Positions 40,732 to 51,072 of a stretch of DNA of 64,000 nucleotides are shown here, piece by piece; within the stretch, counting starts at the first letter, position 1, and the number at the start of each line of letters is the position of its first letter. Source of the stretch: an uncultured Gemmatimonadales bacterium (lineage in GTDB: Bacteria; Gemmatimonadota; Gemmatimonadetes; Longimicrobiales; Gaopeijiaceae); assembly GCA_963823035.1 (NCBI GenBank), contig CAWGKG010000014.1, positions 512,001-576,000 on the forward strand. Reading direction: 5' to 3'. The notes under the pieces were generated by a model, which saw only the letters and a list, made by a program, of their open reading frames with translations, ran no database searches and was not told the DNA's origin. A program made the translations under genes and the position numbers.

Positions 40732-42837
40732 CTAGTGGACCGCCGCCGCTTCCTCCTCCTCTCGCTGCTGGGCGATCTTCTGCGCGATGTGGTCCGGCAC
40801 CGGGTCGTACCCGGCGACCTTGCGGTCGTGGTGCGCCCGCCCCTGCGTCATCGAGCGCAGGAAGGACGCGTACTTGTACAACTCTGATTCCGGCACCAAC
40901 GCCTTGATCACCGTCCGCCCGCCGGTGGGCTCCATCCCCAGGACCTTGCCTCGACGCGAAGTCAGGTCACCCATGATGTCGCCCACGTACTCGTCCGGCG
41001 TGGTGACCGCCACCTCGAGCACCGGCTCGAGAAGGATCGGCCGACACTTCGCGGCGACGATCTTGAACGCGTGGGAGCCGGCGAGCTTGAAGGCGATGTC
41101 CGAGGAGTCCACGGAGTGGTACGAGCCGTCGTAGCACTCGGCGGAGAAGTCGACGACCGGGTATCCGGCCACGATCCCCCGCTGCGCTGCCTCCTGGATG
41201 CCCCGGTCGACGGACGGGAGGTACTTGTTGGGGATCACGCCGCCCTTGATCGAGTCGACGAACTCATAGCCCCCGCCGCGCGGCTTCGGCGCGATGCGGA
41301 CCCAGCAGTCCCCGAACTGGCCGCGCCCGCCGGACTGCTTCTTGTGACGCCCCTGCCCCTCCCCGGTAGCGGTGATCGTCTCGCGGTAGGCGATCTTGGG
41401 TTGCTCGGTCTCGACGTTGACGCCGTACTTGCGAGCCATGCGCTCGAACTGCACGTCGAGGTGTACCTCGCCCACGCCGCGCGCGATCGTCTGGTGGAGC
41501 TCCCCGTTGAAGGCGGCCGAGAAGGTGGGGTCCTCCTCGTGCAGCTTCGGGATCACCTCGCCCAGCTTGTCCTCGTCGTTGCGTGACGCGCCGCGGATGG
41601 CGATCGCGATGTCGGCCTTGGGGAACGCGATCTGCCGAAGAGCGACCGGTCGCTCCAGGGTGCACAGGGTGTCGTTCGTGTGCGTGTGCTTGAGCTTGGC
41701 GACCACCCCGATGTCCCCCGCATGCAGCCTGGCCACCTCGACGCGCTCCTTCCCCTGCGGCACGCTCAGGTGGTTGAGCTTCTCGATGGCTCCGTCCGAA
41801 GCATTCACCACCTCCATCCCGTTGATGATCCGGCCGGAGAAGACGCGGAAGTAGGAGAGCTCGCCCACGTGAGGCTCGGCCGCGGTCTTGAAGACGAGCG
41901 CCGCGAGCGTCTCGTCGTCGGTGGCGTGGATCTCGATGTCCTGGTCGAGCCCCGGACGGTGCGCGGTCTCAGGGCGCGCTTCCGACGGTGCGGGACAGAG
42001 CTCGACGATCTTCCGGAGAAGCGCCCGCATCCCGTACGTCAGCGGCGCGGCGCCGCAGAAGACCGGGAAGACCTCACCGCGCGCCATGCCCCGGGCCATC
42101 GCTTCGATGGCCTCCTCGCGGGAGATGTGGCCACCCTCGAGGTAGGCCTCCAGGAGCTTCTCGTCGGTGGTGGCGAGGGACTCCTGCAGTTCCGTCTCCC
42201 AGCGTCCTTCCTTGTCCTTGTACTCGTCCGGGATGTCGGTCTCGTCGTACTCCCCGCTGACCGTACCCTGCTTGAAGAGGTGGGCCTTCTCGCTGAAGAG
42301 GTTGACGATGCCATGGAAGTCGGCGCCCTGACCGATCGGGATCTCGACCGGAAGGGCGCTCTCGCTCAGCCTCGACTTGATCTGCTGGTAGACGCTGTCG
42401 AAGTCGGCGTGCTCCTTGTCCATCATCGAGACGAAGAAGATCCGGGGTATCCCGCGCTCCTCGCAGTACTCCCAGACCCGCTCCGTCCCCACCTCGACGC
42501 CGGCCGTGGCGCTCACCACGATGATGGCGGCGTCCGCCACCCTCACGGCGGACAGTGCCTCCCCGGTGAAGTCAAGGTAACCGGGGGTATCCAACAGGTT
42601 GATCTTCGTGTCCTGGTGCTCGGCGAAGGTCGGAGTGAGCTGGATGCTGATTCCGTGCGCGTGCTCTTCTGGGGTGTGCATCGTGTGGGCGGTATCGTCG
42701 TCCACCTTGCCGTGGCGCTTGGACGTGCCCGACACGAAGCACAGAGATTCAATCAGGCTGGTCTTCCCCGAACTCCCATGGCCAAGGACCGCGACGTTAC
42801 GGATGCGGTCCGTGGCATACTCCTTGGCCGATGACAT
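40732..42837 (-). CDS. fusA: Elongation factor G paralogue (EF-G2-like)
   Basis: GHGSSGKTS, DTPGY, KKQSGGRGQFG, DGSYHSVDSS, LLEP; HGISI in place of RGITI. Confidence 0.9.
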   Translation of the reverse strand: MSSAKEYATDRIRNVAVLGHGSSGKTSLIESLCFVSGTSKRHGKVDDDTAHTMHTPEEHAHGISIQLTPTFAEHQDTKINLLDTPGYLDFTGEALSAVRVADAAIIVVSATAGVEVGTERVWEYCEERGIPRIFFVSMMDKEHADFDSVYQQIKSRLSESALPVEIPIGQGADFHGIVNLFSEKAHLFKQGTVSGEYDETDIPDEYKDKEGRWETELQESLATTDEKLLEAYLEGGHISREEAIEAMARGMARGEVFPVFCGAAPLTYGMRALLRKIVELCPAPSEARPETAHRPGLDQDIEIHATDDETLAALVFKTAAEPHVGELSYFRVFSGRIINGMEVVNASDGAIEKLNHLSVPQGKERVEVARLHAGDIGVVAKLKHTHTNDTLCTLERPVALRQIAFPKADIAIAIRGASRNDEDKLGEVIPKLHEEDPTFSAAFNGELHQTIARGVGEVHLDVQFERMARKYGVNVETEQPKIAYRETITATGEGQGRHKKQSGGRGQFGDCWVRIAPKPRGGGYEFVDSIKGGVIPNKYLPSVDRGIQEAAQRGIVAGYPVVDFSAECYDGSYHSVDSSDIAFKLAGSHAFKIVAAKCRPILLEPVLEVAVTTPDEYVGDIMGDLTSRRGKVLGMEPTGGRTVIKALVPESELYKYASFLRSMTQGRAHHDRKVAGYDPVPDHIAQKIAQQREEEEAAAVH

Positions 42838-42978
42838 GCCGTCCTCCTTCGATGCACCGAGGCCCGCCGCCGCCGGCTCACGGGCCGGCGGCGGAGGGCC
42901 CCGTTGGATTACCTGCTGGGCACCGGATCGTAGGCCGGGCCCGGAGGGGGCGCAAGCGGGAAAATCCCTACACCCGGG

Positions 42979-43820
42979 CTATCTCTTCGGGCGGAATGCG
43001 TTCCCCACCACATCGGCGGAGAACAGACCCGCCTGCCCCGTGCTGGCGTAGCGGTAGAGGGCCGCCGTGTAGATACCCTTGAGGGCCGAGGACACCAGCG
43101 CGAGGAGGACGAATCCGGCCACGCCGACCGCCACGGCAGCCGATCACGGCAGGGGGTGCGATCATGGCCGCCAGCCAGATCATCCCGCCGGTCACGATCG
43201 CCCAGGAAAGGGACATCAGGGCCACGGCCCATCCCATCCCGAAGTTGCCGACCACCTGCTCGCCCCACGTCTGCTTGAAGAGCTGCGCGCTCTCCTTCAC
43301 CGCGTCGATGGGCCCGACGTTCCGGGTCACCAGGACAGGGACCGCCAGGTAGGTCGCCAGCGTCCACCCCATCCCGACCAGCCCCACGACCATCTGGCCG
43401 ATGAAGCCCGTCCGCTCGGAGATGAAGCGGAGGACCATCCCGACCGTCGCGGCTATAGCCGCGTAGCCGAGGATCGACGCGCATCCGGCTGGCCGCGATC
43501 GACAGGCCGTCCGAGAGAGTCGGGTCGCCGCCGTCCAGGCGAATGAGCGCGGCCCCCACGAGGGCGGAGTTGAAGAAGAAGATCACGGTGTACAGGACGA
43601 GGTAGAAGAGGAAGCCCAGCACGTATCCGAGATACGACCCGCCTCCCTCCGCGAAGACCTGCCATCCCCCCGAGACCACGAACGGAACGGCGAAGCTCGC
43701 GACGACCAGGAGCGTTGCGATCCCGGACATGAGCGGGAACACCATGAGCTCCTTGTCCATCTTGAGCACGCCCGCGCTGGCCTTCACGAGCGCCCAGCTG
43801 TTCGAGAAGCTCCCTGCCAT
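42979..43820 (-). CDS. DUF6159-like membrane protein (frameshifts ~43480 and ~43140)
   Basis: SWALVKASAGVLKMDKEL..FP, FFNSAL, AVKESAQLFKQTWGE, IYTAALYRYA. Confidence 0.75.
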
Positions 43821-43912
43821 CGGATCCCTCCGTGTCGGAGTGGGCGGCCCGCTTCGCGGGGCCTGTTCACGTGGTAGGTACGAGGATGCCCCGCCGGATC
43901 TTCGCCGATTCC

Positions 43913-46183
43913 CTAGCGCCCGATCCGGTCCGCCTCCGCTTCCGTGGCCGCCAACCGGCCGGTCTTCAACTCGAGGACGAGGCGATCGAGGTCGTACACC
44001 ACGTCGAGCGCCGCGAGCACGCCGCGCACGTCCACCGCGACGGCGCGGTTGGTCTCGGGGAGATAGATGTAGTCGCCCGGGAGGCTCTCGATGTTGCCGT
44101 CGAAGACGACGCCCACGATCTCCAGGTCCTTGTCGAGCACGGGAGACCCGGAGTTGCCACCGATGATGTCGGCCGTGGACACGAAGTCCAGCGGCGTGGA
44201 GAGGTCGAGCCCCTTCGGAACGGGTGCCCAGCGGGAGGGGAGCGCCCACTCCTCGCGGTTCTGGAAGGAGGCGTGCCGGTCGTACATCCCGAACAGCGTC
44301 GTATGCCAGGGCGCGATCGTGCCGTTGTAGTCGTAGCCCTTCACCTCCCCGTCCGCGATGCGCAGCGAGAAGGTGGCGTCCGGCGGCACGTCCGTGCCGT
44401 AGACCTCGAAGCGCGCCCGTCCGAGCTGGGCGCTGATCTCCTCTTCCTGTGGGAACACGCCCGAGACCATCTGCTGGAACTGGATGAACTGGGGCAGATA
44501 CCCGCGCACCACCTGGAGCGCCGGATCCGTGAGCTGGACCCGGTCGTTCTCCAACGCAACGATGGCGCCGGCGGAGTCGGCGAGCACGCTGTTCTCGTGC
44601 ACGACGGTGGCCATCCCCTCGGGGGAGCGGCCCTGGAGGATGTTCTGCACGAACTGCGCATCCTCCCCGTAGTAGTCGATGAAGTCGCGGAAGCGCGCCG
44701 CCATGAGCCCCTCGTCCAGCTCGGCCGGCTGGTCCGGGACCCGCTTCAGCTCGGCCATCAGCGTGTCGAGCTGGTCCTGAGGGCCGCCGCCCCGCTTCAC
44801 GTTCATGACCTGGAACGCCACGAGCGCGCGGTAGAGCGTGGCCGACGCCATCTGGTCGCTCGTGAGCGCCAGGAAGGCTCCGAAGCCCTCCTTCTGCTGG
44901 CGCTTCTGGTCCTGGAGGCCGGCCATCTTCTCGATCAGGCCCCCGAAGCGCGCCGTCAGCGACGAATCCGCCTGGATGGCCTTGCGGAAGCGCTCCTGCG
45001 TGTCCTTGCGCCGGGCGATGATGACCGGGTCCTCGAGGCCGCGGATCTGCCCCGCGTACGCCTTCTCGGAGTTGCTCAGCCCGAAGTACTGGTTCTCGAG
45101 ATCCCGCGCCTTCGCGACGTCCGGATGGCTCTCCATGTAGTCCTTCAGCACCGACATACGGGAGCGTAGCAGCTCGAGGACGGAGCGGTCGCTCACGTCG
45201 CGGCGGAACTCGAGCTCGGCCACGGTCTGAAGGCGGCTCGTGGAGCCCGGGTTACCCACGATGAAGACGGGGTCGCCCTGGTGCAGACCGTCGGGGTCGA
45301 CCTTGAAGTAGTGGTCCGTCTTCAGCGGGTTGCCCTGGTCGTCGTAGATGCGGAAGAAGGAGAAGTCGAGGTTGTAGCGCGGGTAGGTGAAGTTGTCGGG
45401 ATCGCCCCCGAAGAACCCGATCTGCACCTCCGGCGCCATGACGAGCTTCGCGTTCTCGTAACGGCGGAAGACGTACGCCGAGGTCCGCCCGCCGTTGTAC
45501 AGCGACACCATCTCGACGACGATCCCGGCGTCCTCGCCGCCGCGCTCCCCGGTGAGGCGGTCCTCGATCTCCTTGAGGACGTCCTCGCGGGCGTCGGCGC
45601 GCTCGTCCATCGAGACCGTGTCGAGCTGCTGGTTCACCTCGTCCGTCACGTCCACGATGTCCACCAGTTGGTCGGCGTGGAAATCCTCCACCGCCCGCTC
45701 GTCCGCGAGGTTCTTCGCGTAGAAGCCGTCGGCCAGGAGGTCCTCCCCGTCCTTCTGCACCTGCGTGACGAACTCACGGGCGCAGTGGTGGTTGGTCATC
45801 ACGAGTCCGTTCGGCGATACGAACGACGCCGAGCAGCTCGGGATGCGCAGCGCCCCGAGGCGCGCCTTGGCGAACCACGCGGAGTCGGGATTGAAGTGGT
45901 ACGTGCGCGCGAAGTACTCGGTGGGCGGGAACTCGAACGTCCACATCTTCCCCTGGTCGAACTCGCCGGCGTGCACCGTGTCCAGGTCCACGCCGAAGAG
46001 CTCCGGCTCCACCCTCTGCCCGGGCGCCGAGTCCGTGCGCACGAGGGGGATGTCCGCCGAGGGCCGAGCCGGCGGCTGCGTCGGGGTCGGCGTGGGGGCC
46101 TCGGTGGCCGGCGGTCCTCCGCAGGCCGTGAGCAGCGTCGCAAGTGCGAACGTCCAGACGTGGCTTCGCGACGGTTCGAGCAT
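43913..46183 (-). CDS. S46 family dipeptidyl peptidase, lipoprotein
   Basis: LLTAC lipobox; GKMWT, CSASFVS, TNHHCA, FGGDPDNF, DIIGGNSGSP, FDGN. Confidence 0.93.
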   Translation of the reverse strand: MLEPSRSHVWTFALATLLTACGGPPATEAPTPTPTQPPARPSADIPLVRTDSAPGQRVEPELFGVDLDTVHAGEFDQGKMWTFEFPPTEYFARTYHFNPDSAWFAKARLGALRIPSCSASFVSPNGLVMTNHHCAREFVTQVQKDGEDLLADGFYAKNLADERAVEDFHADQLVDIVDVTDEVNQQLDTVSMDERADAREDVLKEIEDRLTGERGGEDAGIVVEMVSLYNGGRTSAYVFRRYENAKLVMAPEVQIGFFGGDPDNFTYPRYNLDFSFFRIYDDQGNPLKTDHYFKVDPDGLHQGDPVFIVGNPGSTSRLQTVAELEFRRDVSDRSVLELLRSRMSVLKDYMESHPDVAKARDLENQYFGLSNSEKAYAGQIRGLEDPVIIARRKDTQERFRKAIQADSSLTARFGGLIEKMAGLQDQKRQQKEGFGAFLALTSDQMASATLYRALVAFQVMNVKRGGGPQDQLDTLMAELKRVPDQPAELDEGLMAARFRDFIDYYGEDAQFVQNILQGRSPEGMATVVHENSVLADSAGAIVALENDRVQLTDPALQVVRGYLPQFIQFQQMVSGVFPQEEEISAQLGRARFEVYGTDVPPDATFSLRIADGEVKGYDYNGTIAPWHTTLFGMYDRHASFQNREEWALPSRWAPVPKGLDLSTPLDFVSTADIIGGNSGSPVLDKDLEIVGVVFDGNIESLPGDYIYLPETNRAVAVDVRGVLAALDVVYDLDRLVLELKTGRLAATEAEADRIGR

Positions 46184-46329
46184 GGTACCTCTCAGGGGTG
46201 GTGGTACGCCCGTGGCGGGCGGGTTGTCGGGTCAGGGAAGATCGCCGGATGAACCGCCCTTTTCCAACCCCGGAGGGCACGGGGTGGGTCCTCCCCCGGA
46301 GAGTCCCGCTCCCCGGGGGAGGCGCTCCC

Positions 46330-47425
46330 TCACCTGGACGGCGGAAGGACGTGGCAATCCGCGCAGTTCCGCCCCGCCATGTGGTCCACCAGGTCCTGGT
46401 GGCACACCAGGCAGAGCTCTCTCGTGCGCGGGGCGTTGCGGATGCCCTCGGGCACCGGATCGTGGCAACCGGTGCCGCCGCATCCGAAGTGGGCGTTGCG
46501 GTCGTGCGCGCCCGGGGCCGGCGCCTCGTGGCAGGTCATGCAGTTTGCGGTCGGCTCGTGATGCTCCAGGTGGCAGCCGGAGCAGTCGGCGCCCTGCGCC
46601 GTCTCGAGGTCGATCCCACCCGTGTGGCAGATCGAGCATCCGGTGTGCTGCCAGTGGTCGGCGTGGTGGAAGACCACCGTCCGCAGCGGGCGGTCGAGAG
46701 ATCCGATCGTGATCTCCAGCGGCTTCGTCACGGCGAACGACGTCTCCCGCACCTCCTCCACGTCGTGGCAGCTCGTGCACCGGCTCGCGAGCGGAGCGGC
46801 GTGGTGGCACGAGCGGCAGTCCTCGCGCTCGCGGATCAGGACGCTGCCATGCCGCGCCTGCTCTCCGTGGCACGTCCCGCACGCCACCGAGTCGTGGTCC
46901 TCGTGCGCGAAGTCGAGCTCGGCCGGCAGGCGGCGGGGGCCCTCCTCCCCCGCCCAGGTCACCGCCGCGCCACCCGTCGGCGTGGCAGGTCGTGCACGCC
47001 CCCGCCCCTCCGTCGGCGCGGAACTCGTGGGGCTCGTGACAGGCGGTGCACTGCGCCAGGACCGGGGCGGAGAGCGTGCGGTGGAAGGGGCTCGCCGACT
47101 CGGGGCGGCCGTGGCATCCTCCGCCGGAGCACGCACGCACCGTCTGCGCCGGCACGTTGCTCTCCCACATGTCGTGGCAGACCGCGCACACCGCCTCGTG
47201 CGGCTCGTCGCTCGGAACCGGCTCCGCCAGGCAGTCCTCGGCTCGCCGCGTCAGGCAGCGGCGATCTCCCACCCGCACGGTGTCCTGTCGGGCGGCCGGG
47301 ACCTGCTGGGTTGCTTCGGCGTAGGCGCCGGCGTGTCCTTCAGTTGCGTGCTCGAAGGTGAAGGTCAGCACCACGGCCGCCGCTATCCCGAGCGTCCAGA
47401 CAGGGTCAGGCGTGTGCGGGAACAT
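46330..47425 (-). CDS. Multihaem cytochrome c3/HmcA-like, 11 CxxCH plus 2 CX4CH (frameshift ~46975)
   Basis: Motifs counted across ORFs 46232..47497 and 46330..47136; FAHEDH and FHHADH c3-type distal His. Confidence 0.85.
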
Positions 47426-49526
47426 GGATCGGCTCCTGGTGCAGGTCCGCCGGCCGGGCGGGGGTGCAGGACGGCGACGCGGGGTCCGCGGGCACACCGC
47501 GGAGGATGGGGAACCGCTTCACGAGGATGACGTAGCCGAGGATCTCCGCGGACACGAGGCCGATCGTCACGGCGAACTCGGGGATCGCGGGGAAGTACGA
47601 CCACTCGTCCCCGGGGTTGAAGGCGAAGAGGTAGGTCGAGAACCGGTAGAGCGCGCCGGTCAGCACGACGGTGAGCGCCATCGCGGACAGCCAGCGCGGC
47701 CCGGCGTTGCGACTGCGGAACAGCAGGCCGAGCGCCGCGAGGAGGAACAGCGCCCATCTCCGCGAGGAAGAGGATGCTGTAGCCGTCCATGCGCGTGATC
47801 GCCTCGAGCTGCCCGCGGTGCAGCACGTCCCAGGTGCGCAGCGCGAGGTAGACGAAGATCACCCCGGCGATCGGCCGGGCGAGTCCGCGCAACATCGGCG
47901 CCTCGGAGGGCCGCTTGAAGACCCTGGAGGAGATGCAGCACTCGAGCGTGACGACGCCGTAGCCCATCGCGATGCAGGAGACCAGGAACATCAGCGGCAT
48001 CCAGGGCGAGTACCACAGCGAATGCAGCTTGGGGCCGGCCAGCATCATCAGGCTACCGAGCGACGACTGGTGCATCGTCGGGAGCAGCAGGCCGACCGCG
48101 ATGCAGTACGGCATCGCCTTCTCGATCTTCGGTGAGAGCGTCAGGGCGAGCCTACGCAGCCCGGCGACCTCGCTCTCCTTCCACCGCTCCAGGAACACGG
48201 GCGACACCTCGATCCACAGGACCGCGGTGTAGAGCATGATGCACAGCGCAACCTCGAGCAGGATCGAGTTGAAGTTCCACTCCCAGAAGAATAGCGGGAT
48301 CTTGTAGAAGTTCCACGCGCGCCCGATGTCGATCAGCACGCTCACACCGCCCAGCGTGTAGCCGAACGCGCTGGTCACCAGGGCCGCGCGTACCAGCGGG
48401 TGGTACCGGCCGCGGTTGGCCACGTAGACCAGGAGCGCCATCGCATAGCCGCCGCAGGCGAGCGCGGTGCCCGTCACGACGTCGAAGGCGATCCAGATGC
48501 CCATCGGATAGCCGTCGTTCAGGTTCGTGGTCGCGCCCAGCCCCGCGCCGAAGCGCCAGATCACGGCCGCGACCCCGACCAGCGACCAGGACCGCCATGA
48601 TCACGGTGGGGACGGTGAAGAGGCTGCCGCCCACCGGCTCCGACTTCTCGGTGTGGTGCTGCGCGGCCTCCTCCGCGTGGAGCTTGTGCGCGTTGCGGCG
48701 CACGACCGCCGCGAGTGTGGCCAGGAGGGCCAGCGGCGCGGCGAAGCCGCGATAGAGCGTGTGCTGGATGGTCTCCGGCATCTCGACCACGGACTCGTCG
48801 CCGAGCCCCGTCGGGAAGTGGAGGTCCGCGGTGAAGGAGACGCCCGCTTCGGCCAGATAGAGGACGCCGGTACCGCCACCGTCGTGCTCCCCGTAGACCT
48901 TCGGGTTGTAGAAGATCGGCTTGGCGTCGATGCGCCGGTGCGCCTCGGCCAGCATCTCCGTGCGCGACCCGTAGGTCAGCGCGCCGCGACGGCACTGCTC
49001 CACGCAGGCCGGCGCCAGCCCCTGGGCCCGGCGCTCGGGGCACATCTGGCACTTCTGCAGCGAGGGAACCGGCGTGTCCCACTCGAAGCGCGGGGTGTTG
49101 AAGGGGCAGGCGATCTCGCAGTAGCGGCACCCGACGCACAGGTCGCCGTTCCAGACCACGGCGCCGTCCTCGTCCTTGTGCATCGCGCCGAGCATGCAGG
49201 CGCTCACGCAGGCCGGCTCGACGCAGTGCATGCACTGCACCTTCCGGAAGATGTCCTCTCCGTCGTGCTCGTAGCGACGCACCACGGTGAGCGACGCGAA
49301 CGTGAGCTTCGGGATCGTCGGAGAGCGCGAGCTCCGGGTCCCAGCCGTTCTCCTCCGCGCAACCGACGGCGCACTGCCTGCAGCCGATGCAGCGCGTCGC
49401 GTCGTAGAGGATCGCCTTGTCCTCGGGGCTCGCCGCCCGCGCGCCCGCGCGCAGCTTCTTGGGCAGCTGCGCCGCCGCGCCGGCTGTCGCCAGGGCCTGT
49501 AGGGCCGTCCTTCTGCTGATCGTCAT
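47406..49526 (-). CDS. Apparently fused HybA-like Tat 4x[4Fe-4S] protein and HybB/NrfD-family membrane subunit (frameshifts ~49310, ~48580, ~47755)
   Basis: SRRTAL Tat leader; CIGCRQC, CMHCVEPAC, CVGCRYC, KCQMC; GGGTGVLYL; then EPVGGSLF, LGATTNLNDGYPMGIW, ALACGGY, PTMHQSSLG. Confidence 0.85.
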
Positions 49527-49602
49527 CGTTGTCGAGTCCCGCGATCTATGTGGAAACGCCCTTCCCGCCCGCTCCGTCGCGGACGTCAGCCTCGCCGCAC
49601 GC

Positions 49603-49824
49603 CTAGCGGCGGAAGTGCCACTCGTGCGCGAGCCACGCGCGATACCGCGGCGGGACGAACAGCGCGAGGAGCGCCATCGCCACGACCGCGGCCACCAGGA
49701 GGGGGACCAGGAAGGCCCGCACGACGAGGACACTTACGGCTGCCAGAGGCACGCTGAGCACGACGAGTGCGAGCGCGCGACCCCAACCGACCGACTCCCC
49801 GGATCCTTCGACTGCCGCTTTCAT
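49603..49824 (-). CDS. Small two-TM hypothetical protein, first gene of the hyb-like operon
   Basis: GGAGG RBS; hydrophobic 73 aa; downstream of a sigma-54 motif. Confidence 0.55.
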   Translation of the reverse strand: MKAAVEGSGESVGWGRALALVVLSVPLAAVSVLVVRAFLVPLLVAAVVAMALLALFVPPRYRAWLAHEWHFRR

Positions 49825-49870
49825 CGTTCCTCCGGAATGGCACGGGTTCATCTTGCCTGCACCCTTATCG

Positions 49871-49887
49871 AGCAAGAGCCACACCAC
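49871..49887 (-). promoter_or_regulatory. Sigma-54 promoter of the hyb-like operon
   Basis: GTGGTGTGGCTCTTGCT (GG-N10-GC). Confidence 0.65.
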
Positions 49888-49984
49888 CCGGGAGAGGGCT
49901 GGCACAGGAACGCGTAAGCCGATACAGCACAGCGCTTTATGGGTACCTTGAAGCTTGGTTGGACCGGGAGGAATCCCCCGGACG

Positions 49985-50023
49985 TGTAGAGATCTTCAAC
50001 AGGTGGCGTTGAGATCGTCAGCG
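49985..50023. promoter_or_regulatory. Tandem enhancer-like boxes (candidate bEBP binding sites)
   Basis: TGTAGAGATCTTCAACA and CGTTGAGATCGTCAGCG, 22 bp apart, ~100-135 bp upstream of the -24 element. Confidence 0.55.
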
Positions 50024-50063
50024 ATGGAGGGGATGTGGCGTGGCGTACGTCGCCGGTCGCCGC

Positions 50064-50797
50064 TCAGTGCACGAAGCGCGCGACCAGCTCCAGGTAGCCC
50101 GTCGGACCGAGGAGCTGGCGCAGGTCGGTGAGCTGCTGGCCCATGCCCAGCCAGCCGATCTCCCCCGCGCCGAGGTCGCAGAACAAGCGCATGGCCACGG
50201 CACGGCGGAAGCGCGTGAGGTCCAACCGCGTCCGCTCGCGGGCGGTGCCCGACGTGCCGAGGCGGCGAAGCTGGAGGGGGCCCACACCGGTCATCTCCGC
50301 GATCCAGCCGGTCCCGTACGGGTCGCGCGCGATCTCCTCGGGCCGGTCCATCACGACCGGGTTGATGCGGACCACGTGCCCGCCCACGGGCGCGCCCAGG
50401 CCGAGCAGCCCGAGTCCCACGTCGGCGTCGAAGAGCAGGTCGCCGCGTTCCAGCATGCGGCCCATCTTCCCCGTGCGTATGCCCTTGACGGCGCCCATGA
50501 CGGAGACCGCGAAGGCGTCGAGGCCGATCCGGCAACGCGCGGCGTCCTCCCCCCCACCGTGTGCACCCAGAGATGTCCGGTCGCGTAGTGGCGATCCGCA
50601 GGCACGGCCGTGGCGGCCTCGACGGCTCCTGCGAAGTGGTGCGGGCACGGCCGCAGCGTGGGCGCCCCCTGGAGGGCGGCGTCCAGGGGACAGGTCTCAC
50701 ACTCGTAGGCGCGATCGCAGAGCCGGTAGCTCAGCAGCCCCGCGCTCATCCACACACAAGGGCGGGCGTCGGAGGTGGCGAGAACCTGCGAGGACAT
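50064..50797 (-). CDS. GcvH-like protein with Cys-rich N-terminus and no lipoyl-lysine (frameshift ~50550)
   Basis: CVWMSAG..YRLCDRAYECETCPLD; HYATGHLWV, IGLDAF, APVGG.V..IN, DPYGTGW; ESxKA motif absent. Confidence 0.8.
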
Positions 50798-50875
50798 CGG
50801 CGTTGTTCCCCCGGAACGGGGCGACTCGGCGGGCCGCCGTCGGCATCTGCCGCTGCGCCCACCAGCGACTTTCCC

Positions 50876-50892
50876 TGCAAGGGAGATACCAG
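50876..50892 (-). promoter_or_regulatory. Sigma-54 promoter of the GcvH-like gene
   Basis: CTGGTATCTCCCTTGCA (GG-N10-GC). Confidence 0.7.
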
Positions 50893-50968
50893 GACCCCAG
50901 GAGCGCCTGTCGCGCCTGTGCGCGTGCACCTTCGGCGTCCAACCGGCCGTGACAGGGGGCCTGGCGCC

Positions 50969-51005
50969 CGTTGAGATCCGCAACAGGCTGTGTGATTTTT
51001 CATCA
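50969..51005. promoter_or_regulatory. Enhancer-like boxes
   Basis: CGTTGAGATCCGCAACA plus a weaker TGTGTGATTTTTCATCA, ~80-115 bp upstream of the -24 element. Confidence 0.5.
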
Positions 51006-51072
51006 GTTGCCTGCAACGAACCACACCTTCGAGCGGACGCCGCACCTCCGGCTCCCGCGAACGACACCGGCC

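Noticed and set aside
47406..49526. Calling the locus a hydrogenase-2 operon
   Set aside because: No NiFe large or small subunit or maturation genes in the window
49838..49915. Plus-strand TGGCAC hexamers as sigma-54 promoters
   Set aside because: Wrong GG-to-GC spacing and no plus-strand gene downstream
50064..50797. Calling this gene gcvH
   Set aside because: No lipoyl-lysine motif, an extra Cys-rich domain, and no gcvP/gcvT
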